64,000 nucleotides of DNA from Blasia pusilla (Eukaryota), in NCBI GenBank assembly GCA_050084515.1, contig CM114271.1:13330001-13394000 (forward strand), in the 5' to 3' direction. Under the pieces are notes generated by a model. The model searched no databases, was not told the DNA's origin, and saw only the letters and a program-made list of their open reading frames with translations. Positions 24,901-37,850 of this stretch are shown piece after piece (the first letter of the stretch is position 1; each line of letters opens with the position of its first letter). Both the position numbers and the translations under genes were made by a program.

Positions 24901-27645
24901 CCATCTGCACATTCAAACCCGAACTCGCTCAGAAATGTCTTGCTAAACTGAATGAAAATCATCTGAAAGGGGTCCGTTGCACTCCTTTAACCAAATCTTA
25001 CTTCAGGGACTGATTAGTGGAGAAAGGAAGACGCAAATCGGAAGGACGGGATGATGGAAGAGGACTTTTACGAGTCTACATGCGTTTGTTCTTGCTCAAA
25101 GCCCGTCCGTAGGTAGCATACGTTGACAGTATGTGTGTCTGTGTGTCCAGAAGAATTGCTTCTGACCTTAATCCCTCATCGATGAACTCAATTTCCCCCG
25201 CCCATAAGATTGCATCGAAACAGACTGATAAAGGTCCATCATTACAAAATGCATGGTCTTGTATTGCAAGAGAAGGCAGCCCGCTTTAATTATGGGTCGA
25301 ATTCAAGCAGCCTCGAATGCGCTTATTCAAGTTCACTTTTTACCGTTTGCAATAGCTGGAAACTTTCACACAGCCTATGGAAACGAGAACGAAGTCTGAA
25401 TTTATGTCAGAAGAGCACATACACTAGCTGCAATCGCATTCGCTTGATGCTTGTCACTATACCTGCAATCATCCAACACAGTATTCTTGTTGAAGTCAGT
25501 TGAATGCCATACTTGGAAGACAACCATCAGACTCCAGATAGTAGAAACACTTCGCGAAGTGTACGCGTGGTGTAGATGATTGGTAAACTACCGAAAATCT
25601 CATAACTAGATTCACTTGGCAGCATTGCATTGGTGCATCGAATTCAGCCTAAATCCGCTCCAATTAGTTCAGGTTCATTTACACAAGATTAATTGCCGTG
25701 TGATGAAGCAGACCTACAGCTACAAACAAGATCAACAACTGCCCGAATCCTGGTCTCTAAATTAGCGTCAGGAGCGCAATGAGAGGTCCGACATCCTCAC
25801 ACAGTGCGGAAAAAAGTTGGGAAATATGCCCGGCTCGACAAGGGCTCTGCGGTTGCCGAGAAGGATACCAGTGCTGCAGGTCCTTCTAAATCAAAGATTG
25901 GAGCAGCACCTATTGCAGCCCCACTACACACCGGACCAACTGCCCCAATCAATCCATCATGTCGTAGCATTTTGCTCGCCGCAACTTGTGCCGGTAAGAA
26001 AGAACAATCGCTATCCTCGAGTAAGGGTACGAGCTGGTAACTGGTGCGGTTGGCATTCATGACTTCCACAGCTACTTGAAATGCAGATCGCCTGCAATTT
26101 ATCATGACAAATTATTAGCGATATAAATGCGAATTCGTTCTGAACGTCCTGGACAAAGAGCGCTTTCCCCTAAAATTTCCCAGCAAACAATTCTCTGGGT
26201 TTTGTTCGACCCATTGTTGCTTCAGTTTGGGAAGTCGACGGGAAAATGAGGGAGGTGCCGATACACCAAAGTAGATTTCAGGAATTTTTGAATATCCTTG
26301 AAACCACGAGGTGTCGTAGCGCGGAAAAATCTTCGTCGGGTCTGTGCAATTGCAAATGTCTCCAAGCTAAGACAATCGTTTGCACGTCGTGTTTACGTCG
26401 AGCTTCTTGACACCAGTTCTAGGAACCAAATTCCATGCTAGCGCTCACGATCACCGGTCCATTCTTACCAGAGAATAAGCACCTCCGAACAATAGCTATC
26501 CAAATGCCTTTCTCAGTGCTGGAAGAAATGTATATACGCTCCTCCCCACAATTCCATCGATCGGCTGGAGATGCAGAGTTTGTCAGAACCCGAAGCCTAG
26601 AAACGGTCAGAAGCTCAGCGCCTCTGACCGTTTCTATCGCCAGAGCGTCTCAAGAATGCTATTATGCTGGCGCCGTGAAAACAGAAGCGCAATTACCGAG
26701 GGGCGTAGGAATTGAAGACCAAACTAGGACTGATAGCCTCTACGTCTCAAGAAATGATCAAAATCCAACCAGAGGCGTCAATTATCCCCTCGCGAGACTT
26801 TCCGATGAAAAGATATCGGTTAACTTTTCGATGATGGAAACTACGTCTCTGCTTGGGGGACTATCGCCAGAGGGGAAATGGGACTACATCGACACTCGTT
26901 GTGGAAGACTAAGAGCGGTTTCTCTCTACTTTTGGTCACATTCTCCAAATCCCCGGAGTCCGTTTCAGCCTCCTTCATTTTCTCAGTGTTGCCTTCCCAA
27001 TTCTTCAGTGCTTCAAGCACACGCCAAAACAGGATTCTGAAGCCTCTTGTAAAACCCACGACTACCTGGTCGACGGGAATCCTGAAGAGAGCTTCCAAAG
27101 TCCGGTTCACGCATCCGATGATTATTCAATGCGGGATATGGAGAGAACAATGCAGGTCTACTACGGCATGGTGAAATTGGAGCTTTGAGGAACACCGTCG
27201 GGTTAGCACAAATTCAATGCTGTAACACTATCCGTTTCGAATTCAAAACCATCTAGTTGCGCACAGTCTGCTAAGAAGACCTCAGATTACACTGGCGTTT
27301 AATCACTTGCACTTGCACTTTAATCACAGTGCACTTGTAATCATTCAAATCCTATTCAGACTACTGCGACGGACTTCATCGCGCACCAATTCCCAGGTTG
27401 CAAGAAGCATGAAAAGGTTGCCAGAAGACGGCTTACCATTCCGTAGCCAAGCTTGCTGGAATGTTTGTTCCTGGCGAGGGAGAAAGAAACCCCAGCATAT
27501 ATGTTCCATTCGTTGCAGACTCTGCGAATATTGATCCTGGACGCGTCGGCCATAGTAGAAAAATGAAGATAAGCTGGTAGCTAAGGAGAAGTTGGAATAT
27601 GCTACGGGGACGTCTAACCAGGCCCGAAGGAAGTGACGAGTGCAT
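21969..27645 (-). CDS. Single-pass membrane protein with an extracellular Venus-flytrap (ANF-receptor / periplasmic-binding type I) domain, ~500 aa. Exons: 27645-27437, 26091-25801, 25462-25423, 24904-24821, 24130-23966, 23783-23714, 23227-23177, 23013-22661, 22450-22370, 22127-21969
   Basis: All introns are GT-AG with consistent phases, and the spliced length is 1503 nt. Hydrophobic N-terminal segment (IFQLLLSYQLIFIFLLW). VFT motifs: AFQVAVEVMN, GAVGPVCSGAA, VSFSATAEPLSSRAYFPTFFRTVYSDKHQANAIA, WWYFGTDG, PYLFDAV, YDGCTGIVEFD. TM helix IIAGIVFLVVAIIVLLAACFVYF followed by AKK. The last exon/stop is less certain. Confidence 0.88.
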
Positions 27646-29741
27646 TGGCCTTGCGCGCTTGGCAGGAACACGGAGACCGAGAGAGAGAGATCACCGCACT
27701 GTGGGTTTCAAGTAAGGTGTCTAACAATGGTTGCACATCCAATCACAGCCACGAGAACCAGTGAAATGGAATGGAAAAGTCTTCCTAGCTTGTTGAACAC
27801 ACTATCGGAAGTTATGTGGTGGATCCACGCGAGCTGACAGCAATCTCCCCACACCCACAGCGGGCGGGACAAACGAAGCTAAATTTTCTCAAAGAAAGAC
27901 GGACAAACAAATATCTTGGCCAGGCGGTTGAGTCTCACTGCTGTGAAACGCATACTGATTAGTGTGGGACAGTGTGGAAATTTCAGTGTCTGAAGTAGAG
28001 GCAGGCAGAGAGCTTCACTGATGAGGGACTGTCCCTTCTTATTAATGTGCGGCACAGAGATACGTGTCAGGCACCCCTCGTTAAAACAGAAGAGCGCGAG
28101 GTGACGCGGTCGCGGAAGCAGCTTCTCGATCAAAGAGACCAAAATTTTTCACTGAGAGTCCGCTCGTTTCCGCATGACTTGTGGATAGCACTTCCAACGT
28201 CACGCACATCGAGGTGGGAGCGACCTCAGTGCGGATATCTCGACGCGACTCCGACTTGAAATGACGGCCCCAGAACGTTACTGGAAATTGCCGATGACTG
28301 CAGCAGAAAGCACCGGATCACGAGCTGATGAAAGGAATTCGCGCGGCAAAGTAATCCAATACGCAGCATATTTGAGCCAAAGACTGAACCAAAATCCATC
28401 ATACTCAACGCAAAGTCACGCGCTCAACGACTTATTAAGGTTTCCTTACCAAAACTTCTATTCGGAAGTTCCACACCGCAAAGAAACTTCTAAGAAAACA
28501 GCGATTCTCTCGTTGCCCTCTATTAATGCAACAACCACCGATCGAAGCTCTACCATAAGAGAGGTTTACACACGAAAGAAGTTGCACGTGCAATAGTCCG
28601 AGAGTTCAGCATTTACGATTGCGGGAAGGGAAGATACGATGCTCGAGACTGTGAGACAGCAGAGCCTGTGAGGGAAGAACCAGGCGAGCGCTGGTTTCAT
28701 AGGATTCAGGGAGCGATAGAACCAAGGCACGTGAGACCTGTACAACTCTCGCTGAGCCTCACCCTCGGAGGAAAACATTCCCGTCACGCCCGTCGTGGGG
28801 GGGGAATAACCGGCCACGGAGATCCTCGGCATCTTTGTTCTGACTGTACGCAGTTCCCCGTCCGGAGCAGATTACCACCGCCGCTGCGAGGGCTCAAGGA
28901 CGACGGGCACAATCTCGGTAGGCATTAAAGAACGGGCCCACCGGTTAGGAGGGCACATGCGGGGTGCAGGTAACCGGTAGAAGGGTGGCAGCAGGTGCCA
29001 GCGTTAGCTCTCCATTAGTACTGTTCATTCTCTGAAGACAAGGGCGTGGGGGCCGCGTCCGGGCGAAAATGTTTTTCTTTTTTCCACCATATCTGCCCGC
29101 TGCCCTGACACCGGGCCCGCCCGGGCAGAACGGGCATATCACGAACGCACCTGTTACTGTCTCCGACAAGGCCCCGCCAAAATGGATCTTACTGCGGAGT
29201 GCGGACCGCTCAGTGGCCGATAAAATGGTAGAGTCTAGAGAGAGACATCTCATCACGTGTTGTTTCTCCCTTCCGCTACTATTGTACGCTTTTTTTGTCG
29301 TTTCGCTGCCTCACCCGTTTAAGGCTTTTTTTTCTTAATTATTTTCTTATTTTCTACACCTTGTCATCTCGTGTTTTCGTAGGTATGCTGAATTTGATGT
29401 CATCGGCGTGTTTGGTTCTTGGTATAGGCCAATTTTTAATCAATTGTGGAAAACCATCATAGGGGCAGATATGGAGTTTTTATTGGATTTAATTATTCAG
29501 TCCAAAATCAAAAATCTTATGTTGTGATCCAATTGAAATTCTGACTAGTCCATTCCCTTACTATGCACAAGATTGTAATTACTTATGATTCGTGATTAAA
29601 CTAACCCCTAGTAATTTTAATTGAGTTTGCAAATCAACTTCTAATGATCCTATTGGCTAAGAGAGCAAGCGATCCATATGACTGAAAATTACAAGGGCAC
29701 TCCAATAATAATATAGATTGCCAACCAACCTTATAACCACA

Positions 29742-29946
29742 CTAGTGTAAGCCCATGCGATGCACTATTTCTATTATGTTTATGGTATCTCCTATAATTG
29801 ACTCTTGCAATGTTCAAGTGTCATTTTAAATTGATTTGGAACTATCCTATTGGTTTAGAAGGAGAGCTGTCCTATTGGCTTAAAATGCCAAATGTCGAGT
29901 AGATGAGTTTCCAAAATGAAAGGGCACTCTCCAATAATAATATAGA
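29742..29946 (-). mobile_element. 205-bp non-autonomous Helitron
   Basis: Minus strand reads A|TCTATATTATTATTGGAGAGTGCC ... GTGCATCGCATGGGC...CTAG|T, an insertion between A and T with no TSD. A second 5' end of the family is at ~29695-29717. Confidence 0.8.
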
Positions 29947-30993
29947 TTGAGGCCCCAATGGATTTGAAATTTTTTTGTTGTTACATATGTGGCACCCAAT
30001 TTAAAATAACACCATGTGTTGTGGCAAGCCTTGTGCACCACATGATTCCTTTTCATGGCATCCGACTCCGACCCTCTATTACAAGGGCATGACCAATTCT
30101 ACCATTTCAAATTCCTATCCTAAAGTAGTTAGTTTTGTATGTGTGAGCACAAAAATGTTAATTCTCCTTTTATACCATTAAGAAAATGTGGGCCTTCTTT
30201 CAAGCTTCTTTGGTTTGAGGCAAATTGAAGTCTTACATTAATGAACAAAGCTTTCGTGTCTTTTTCTGTTTATTTTTTATTTTTTACATGTGCAATCCTC
30301 GCATATATTATATAATATGCGCTAATCTTAAAAAAAAATTGAGGTTATGCATGAATAAAAGAAGGATTTTGGAAACTAATATTACAATCCAAAGGAGAGC
30401 GAAAAAGCCAACTATATTTGCTAGTATACCACCATCTTAAAAAGAAACGGGGTATGGAAACTTACCATACATTCACAAGTTTCCTTTCCATCTTTTTCAT
30501 CGTACTTTCGCTTCTTCACTAAGATAGGTCGATTGTACTCAACATTTTATGTACTCTATTTTGGATCCTCAACCCCCAACATAAAGAAAAAACAGAAAAA
30601 CATAAATAGGTATTTATATGTCGTACATAGAACGTATTGTAGTCATAATCTACGTAACATCTGCTTAGTCGCGAAAATGATGATGACAGCCTTAGCCTTT
30701 ATCACCTCCCTATTTCCATTTAAGCTCCTTGTTTCATTCTTTATTGAGGGACACTTTAATTACCAACTTTGCACTCGGTAATCCCTTCTAGTGGTTACTA
30801 AGTACTAGGCATTATCATGACACTTTGCGTGTGTCGTACAGCCCGCTTTTCCAAACCTAGCTCAAAAACTTAAGTATTTAAAAGGAAAGCGTCTGCAATC
30901 CTAGACTTGGCCCCGATTAGGGCTCACCCCATTCCTCTTATCGGCTCGCTCTTAATGCTCTTATCCTCTTTAGTTTCACATACATCATGAATA

Positions 30994-32264
30994 TCTATAT
31001 AGTGGGCGACCCCACAACTACAGCAACATTAAGACGAATTTCAATGGAAGAGAAAAAAACATTTATTATATTATATCTTATAATTTACCTAATTAATATT
31101 TAATGGGTGATTTTAAATTAAAAATTTTTAAAAATGAATTAAAATTTTCTTAAATCATATTTAATGAAAAAAGAAAATGAATTTTAATGGAAAAGAAGAA
31201 ATGTTTGAATTTGAACGGAAATATTTAAAATATTGGGATATCATTTAAATTTTATTTGATAAGTGGAGTTATTTAGAAGAGAAATTTGATTATTATTTTC
31301 AGATTTAAGAAAGAAATTAAAATTTTGAAACATTTTTTTTATTTTTAAATAACCAAATTATTGATATGTCACGTCTTTTAGGATATATTGGAAAAATTTA
31401 GTATAGAATCTTCATGTGTAGCGGAAGACACCCTTAGGAGGTCAATTATGATTTGTTGAGGCCACGAATATGAGAGAGCAGATTTCCCTTTCGTTTCGCC
31501 TCATTTGGAATCATATATAAAAACTTACTATTTTGGTAAGTTCCTATTTTGAATATATTTAACTTTCCATTTTGGGAATTGGTCTTTGATCCGCTACATC
31601 ATATCAAGAGCCAAGGACATGACCTGCGAACATAGGTTATCGTGGAGAGATTTTGGGAGAGAGGAGGGGGTATACCTCCAAGAGAGAGAACTTGAGAGTT
31701 CTCTCTCAAGTTCTCTCAAGAACTTCTTGAACCTCTTGGCATGAGGCGGAAGAGTTATGGTCTTCTTTGCCTTTTATATGAGAGAGAGAGATTTGTGTGC
31801 ACCATAGAGAGATTGTGTGAGATCTACTTGATTTTATTGGAGATATTTTGGTACCTCTCGTCTCGATGTTTGGATGTCATGAGTTAACATGGGATCGTGA
31901 GTGTTTGTGTGTGTTCGGTGACAGCGATGTATGTTGTGTGGCGATGTGTATATGCACGGCGGATATTTCAAAAGGAAAATGAATCTGAATGGAAAAGGGA
32001 AATTGATTAATTAATTAAAATTAACTAAGAATATAATTAGTCAATATTATTTTGGTGGGAAAAATAGAATGGGAAGAATAGGTATTGTTCAAAATTTCAT
32101 GGAGGAGTGAAATTAATTAGGGAAGTTGAGTTTTATTTAAAAGTTAAATTCTTTTATTCTTGTAAGATTTAAAATTATATGAATTATAACAAATTTTGAA
32201 ATAAAAAATATTTCTGAATTATTAAAAAGTCATTTTTGTACGAAAGCACAAGCATGCTAACTAG
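30994..32264 (+). mobile_element. AT-rich non-autonomous Helitron, interrupted by a solo retroelement repeat
   Basis: Starts A|TCTATATAG and ends with a weak hairpin then GCATGCTAACTAG|T. The same 3' end occurs at 47004 and 53265. Confidence 0.65.
31367..31961 (+). mobile_element. Solo A+B terminal repeat of family II DNMT-retrotransposon
   Basis: Runs TGTCACGTCT...GCACGGCG (degenerate GCACGACA) with the 4-bp TSD GATA. The related Helitron copy at ~46672-46710 shows an empty site with a single GATA. Confidence 0.9.
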
Positions 32265-32899
32265 TAAAGTTAGTGACTGTTGTAGATTACCAATCGATTG
32301 TTTCCTCTCGTTAACAAGCTTTATTGATGAGGTGCTAGACCCATGAGCATACCGGCAAGAAATGCCTTCTATGGATTCTTGCTTGTCTCGCATGAATGTG
32401 TCCCATGATTTCCCCATGAGGCATGATTGCTAGGATCAGGTAGTTGCTTCAGAGGCCCCCTAGGGAACCATCCCCTCTATGGCCCCCCAGGAACCATCTC
32501 TTACCACTGTGGCGCCCTAACAATGCCATATAGGTAGAGGAACATGTTCTTGTATGTCCCTATTGTAGGAAGCAACCTATTGGATACGAGAGTATACCGT
32601 AGTAGCCCCCTTGGAGGACGTGGTTGAGACGTTTGGTTCAAAGGTCCGATACACAAGGGTCACCCTTACTAAATCTTGAGATTCTCTACCCCTATTACTT
32701 TTGGATGATTCACTAGCACTAATCATTCTTATTCTCCCATTGTTGATGTTGCATGCATATCTCAAGAATGGATGGTGGAGAGCCACCCAAAGTTCCATTG
32801 GGCATACTGCCCAAAGATATATTACCCTCCAAACTGAAGCAAACGTTATTTTCCCGTGGATGAGAAAGGTATATTCAATTGTGAACTAGACGAAGAGAA

Positions 32900-34720
32900 G
32901 AGCAATGATGCTTACAGATAGCGGCCATTAGAGTGAGAGTCCCAAGCCACGTTTCACTTATGAAAGCTTCCACATTCGAGAACGAGCCTAATTTTCAAGG
33001 ATACAGCTTGGAAGAAGGTAATGACAATTTATTTACAACACAAATTTTGTAAATGTTGAAATGGTAGGAGCCACGATTGGAAACTATTTTAAGCACCAAT
33101 TAAGAAGGGTGTCCTGGGAAATTATCCGCCACAGTGGACCTAATGTACTCCAATCAACAAATTTCGAATGTTTAGCTTCTTTCTTCATTTTGACTCACTC
33201 TACAGCTTTGATGTGAACATGTTCTACAATTCCAAGGTCATCCCATCAAACCAAGTATACATGAACTTTGATGACTTTGAGTTGGCTCTCCATTGTTGGT
33301 GCTCCCTTAATTCCAGAGCAAAGAGTTGTGCATGAAAAAAGAAATGGTATCGACTTCGCACCTACAAATATGGGGCTAAGATAAGAGGGGAAGGTCTCCC
33401 TAGAAAATTTGAGGCAAAGTTTTGGAGTGGCAGTGAGCCTCTTGAACATGATGGTGGGTATGCTGGAAAGGAATCAACAAGACATCCGCCGTGTGCTCAG
33501 AACGCCTCTTAGAAGATATAACTAAACCCATAGAAGCTCTATTCTACATGAAACTACGTAGACTTCCAAGAGAAGATTTGGATTGGACTGAGGGGAATAG
33601 GCACTACCATCTTCCTACAACCAATATGGCGGCTCTAAATGTTTCCTTTGTGGGCTATGATGATGTTTCCGCAAGGGCTCCAAAATATGTGAACCCATTG
33701 GTGACGAGCATGGAGAGCCTATATAAAGCGGCAGCTAGAGATCCTTGGCTTTCAGAAAATGGATAATGTGTCTCAAATTCCATTGCCTCCCAAGAATGAT
33801 AGTCGCTCGATGGCTAGTGACAATTACCCTACAATAGCTAGTATTTCCAAGGAATTGTGGACAATTTGGCATTAAGTGTTTTGGGGTAAAGGGAAGGAAA
33901 TGAGGACCCTAGAATTTCTAGATTGATACTCTGATTGGTTGAAATAGAAAAGCATCATATCCAAAAGATTGGCGACATAGCTGCTTATATCTAAGAAATA
34001 GGACTTGAGAAGTTTGCAAGGCGTGCATTTAGGGTGATCTTGATGTGGAAAAGTTATATTGTGGAGGTTATCAATTCTACAATCAAACCAATTAGAGATA
34101 GTCCTCCTCTAGGCATTGCATATGGATTGTGGAATCATATGATGAAGACTTATGCTCATAGGAAGTTAGAAACGTACCACCCCAAGAAACACAACATGAT
34201 AGTAATTACTTATGCCTTACTTCAATATTGGAAAAACGAGAGTAGTTGTTAGGGTTTCGAAGTGATTTCCTTTAATGAAGCAAATGGCTTGGTTCTCAAC
34301 AACTAGTAGGCACAAAATTTCATGTTCAATTTAGTCCCAAGTGCCAATGCTCTTGCCTTGAATTTCAAGACACACGTTGGTCTTATACTCATATAATGGC
34401 TTGGGACATGTTCATTTGAATGGACTTAGAGAAGCTTTTTGATCCTATTTGGAAAAAACATTTATCAAGCATATTTACACAAGAAACATACTAGTGTTGA
34501 AGTGTGATGACCTCATATCATCTTGGGAGTTTTGGCCGCGTTCTTTTGAAATCCCACGAGGAAGGCATTGTCTTATGCGCATTCCCAACAATGGATCAGG
34601 AAGGTCACAACGGGACAAAAATTATAAGGAAATCTCTTATCGGATCCATGACTATTCAACAACTCAAAAGGTATCCATTGAAGGAAGTCTTGCAAGAGAA
34701 CAAGGCGAATTAGGCTTGAG
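32900..34720 (+). pseudogene. Heavily decayed Mutator/MULE-like transposase remnant
   Basis: SWIM-like finger FHVQFSPKCQCSCLEFQDTRWS(Y)TH at ~34318-34392, among fragmented ORFs. Boundaries are approximate. Confidence 0.5.
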
Positions 34721-34766
34721 ACAAGGATGTATGTAGGGTTTTTTTTTTTTTTTGAGAGGGGGGCGG

Positions 34767-35111
34767 GGTCACATCTTAGTTTGCTGACAAGTAGGGTTCT
34801 ACCACGTTGATTGCATAGAGGGAGAGAAATTTTCTTGGGTGTAACTTCGTCCTGAGACGCCAGATGAGTTTGGAGACACATCCATTGCGTCAGGAATATT
34901 ATTTTTCACAATTTCCCTTTTTTTCTTTGTCAACCAAGTGATTCGTTGACGGAGTCAACGGTCACCTGGTAACCTATTCACGCAAGTTACTGTTTGGAGG
35001 TTGTTTTGGGGGGAAGAACCTTTTGGCTCTTCCCAAGACTATAAGAGAGGGAGAGATGGCTTTCCCAAGCCATCTTTCTCATATTGGGCCTCAAGAGCAC
35101 CTCTCTTGCTT
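34767..35111 (+). repeat. Family I terminal-repeat (A) fragment
   Basis: GTCACATCTTAGTTTG...TTGGCTCTTCCCAAG.CTATA...CTCTCTTGCTT aligns with 17166 and 19625. Confidence 0.85.
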
Positions 35112-37850
35112 TTGGTATAACTAAAAGCAAGATTGCTACGGCTAGCAGAAGTAACCATGGACAAAGTTGGGAAGATGGAGGGAGAGAGAGCATGCCTTCA
35201 ATAAGGAGGAGCCATTATGGCTTGAGGAGGTTGAGTGTGGAGTTCGGGGCAAGGTCCGGGTTTTTTTTTCTCGGGAACCATTGAGTTCTCTTCATTTGTT
35301 TTTCCTAGGACCTGATTTTTTAAAATTATAACCGAAAATACTAGAAGATAGGTTTTAAAGTAGGCCGTAAATTTCTAATAATTAAAAATTTTTATAGTGG
35401 TTTTCTGAATATTTTATTATTTACACGACACATTTCCTATTCATTTGAAAGAAGCCTAGCCAATGTTTGGCCGATTCTAAATTTAACCAACTAAAAAAAT
35501 TTCCCGCCTGCTTTGGATAAATTGGATTTATGATATCTTTTCATGACCCTTTGAGAATCATTCAACTTCTCTTGCAAAGTTACAAGACCACACTACCTCT
35601 TTGAAAATCTTGTCCCGTCTTTTAGGATAGATCGGTGAGATCAAGTAGAGCGCCTTTGTGAGTAGTGGAGTACAGGCTCAGTAGGTTGAGGATGACTTGT
35701 TGAGGCCCCGGGAAACCCAAGAGAGAGCAGACTTCCCCTTGGTTTCGGCTCATTTAGAGCCATATTGAGGAACTTACTAATTTAGGTAAGTACCATTTTG
35801 AATATATGATTGACTTTCTATTTTTGGTATGTGTCCTTGACCTCCTACATCAGGTCAAGAGCCAAGGAGGTGACTTGGGAGCATAGGTTACCATGGAGAG
35901 AGCTTGGGAGAGGGGAGGGATATACCTCAAGGAGAGAGAGCTTGAGAGCTCATTCTCTCTTTGTTGAACCTCTTGGTATGAGGCGGCGGAGGAGCTATGG
36001 TCTTGCTTGCCTTCTGTGTGTAGCCCAAGCCTCTCATTAGGAGAGTGGGTTTGGTTTGACATTGAGAGAGACATGTGAGAGTGCACACATGTGAGAACTA
36101 TGGTGTTGTGAGAGAGATTAGATCATATTTTACAAAGAGAGAATGAGTGAGTGAGAGAACTTCGTGGGGGAGCTCCCTGGTTGCTCGATGTTTGGTGCAG
36201 CTTGGGGGACCATGTTCCCCGCTTCATGGCTCATGGGAGTGCTCACCAAAGCAAGAGCCGTGCCAGTTTGCTATTTTGATTTGCTGATTTTTTGTATAGG
36301 AGATTGGCACTCGGATGCGCTGCTCAATTTTCGATAGGAATTGAGTATGGGGGCGGATTTCTCCATGCCGATGCTCTCGAGAGCACCATGTAGCTTGCTG
36401 ATTTGTGTTCTCACGGGTTATACAATTTTTTTGGGAGAAATCAGTGCGGAAGTGCTGCCAAATTTTGTGTAGGAGAAAGAGACATTGGGCTTTACGACAC
36501 TCCCTGTCAGTTTTTACTGGAATGTTCGATTCAAAATATATTTTGATGTTGTTGTAGATCGTGAAGCTGTGCAGGCTATGCAAAAAATGGTGCACAATTT
36601 GAATTATGAGCAAAAAGTTATGTTCAATCTTGCAAAATTGCCATTGCAAGCCAATTTTAGGGTTAAATTGTTCAAATCCTAAATCAGCTGTCGCGTCGGC
36701 GGTGGCTGTTGCTGTCATATTCACCGTCAACGGTCAACAATCACCGCTAATGATCCGCCGTCACCATCAATGGTCAACCGTCACCGTCAATGGTCCACCG
36801 ACCACCGTCCGCCACTGCCACCGCCTAGTGTTGCTCAGAGCCGCGTTCGGTTGTTGTCCACCCTTTGGTTGCCATTATCGCCATTACGGAGTGGAGGGTC
36901 TTCCACGACCACCGTTGATTCTCTGACTTGCTCCGCCACCACGTACTTTGGTTTGGCCGCCACTGTCATCGCAATTTTGTCATCAACCAGTGATGGCAGG
37001 TGACCTCGGGTTATGGTGTTTGAGTTTTCATTTCATGCTGCTATGTTGTGATTCGTAGTCGCTCGATGACGATCGAGTACCGTGCCGTGATACCGTAGCC
37101 GCAACGCGCCGCCGATTGCCACGCCGTGTCGCTCATGGCCGCACTGCACCACACCGTCTTGATCGCACAGCCGCTCCTTCACTAAGGAGCAGAGCGTATG
37201 AATTTTTGATTGAGGAGGGTATGCCGCCGAGTGCCGCACTCCATTCCCAAGTGTCCTGCCGTTTGTAGCTATTCCGTGCTGCCAATGCCGCACTGGACCG
37301 CTGGACTTGCACCGCACATCGAGGAGGTTTGACCAGCGTCAGTACGAGAGGAGTACGACTTGCTCATTGGAGGAGTTGTCTTCACGACTGAGTTGGGATC
37401 GAGATTTGCAGGTACCGAGGAGCGACATCGACATTATTGTGAGGTTATCCATTCTGGTCTCTTACCCTGCACGTGTGAGGGATTTTTGGGTATTGGGAAG
37501 TTATTTGGGATATTGGGTTTTGTGCTTATGCTGAGAGCATCAATGATGTATAGGTTTAGGGGTCATAGACCTATGTGGGATGTCCACAGTTGAGGATGGT
37601 TTGTCCATGAGATGATAGATCAATTGATTTGCAGCACCACGGATCATGTATGGGTTTAGGGGACATAGACCTGTGTGGGATGTCTAGAGTTGAGGATGGT
37701 TTGTGGATGAGACGACAGATCAGTTGATTTGCCGCACAACACACGTCTCAATGAGAGAGTGTAGATTGAGTGCCGCATGTTTAGTTTTATTGATTGAGGG
37801 ATTACTTGCGAGATTGAGAGTGATCGTGTGAGAGGGGCACGAGGGCCATC

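Noticed and set aside
26435-27040. 201-aa plus-strand ORF
   Set aside because: It starts in and lies within intron 1 of the receptor gene, on the antisense strand, with no recognisable motifs.
35112-35128. TGGTATAACTAAAAGC as a tRNA-Met PBS for family I
   Set aside because: Only 6 nt match TGGTATCAGAGC, it is not preceded by a CA terminus, and it is not seen in other copies.
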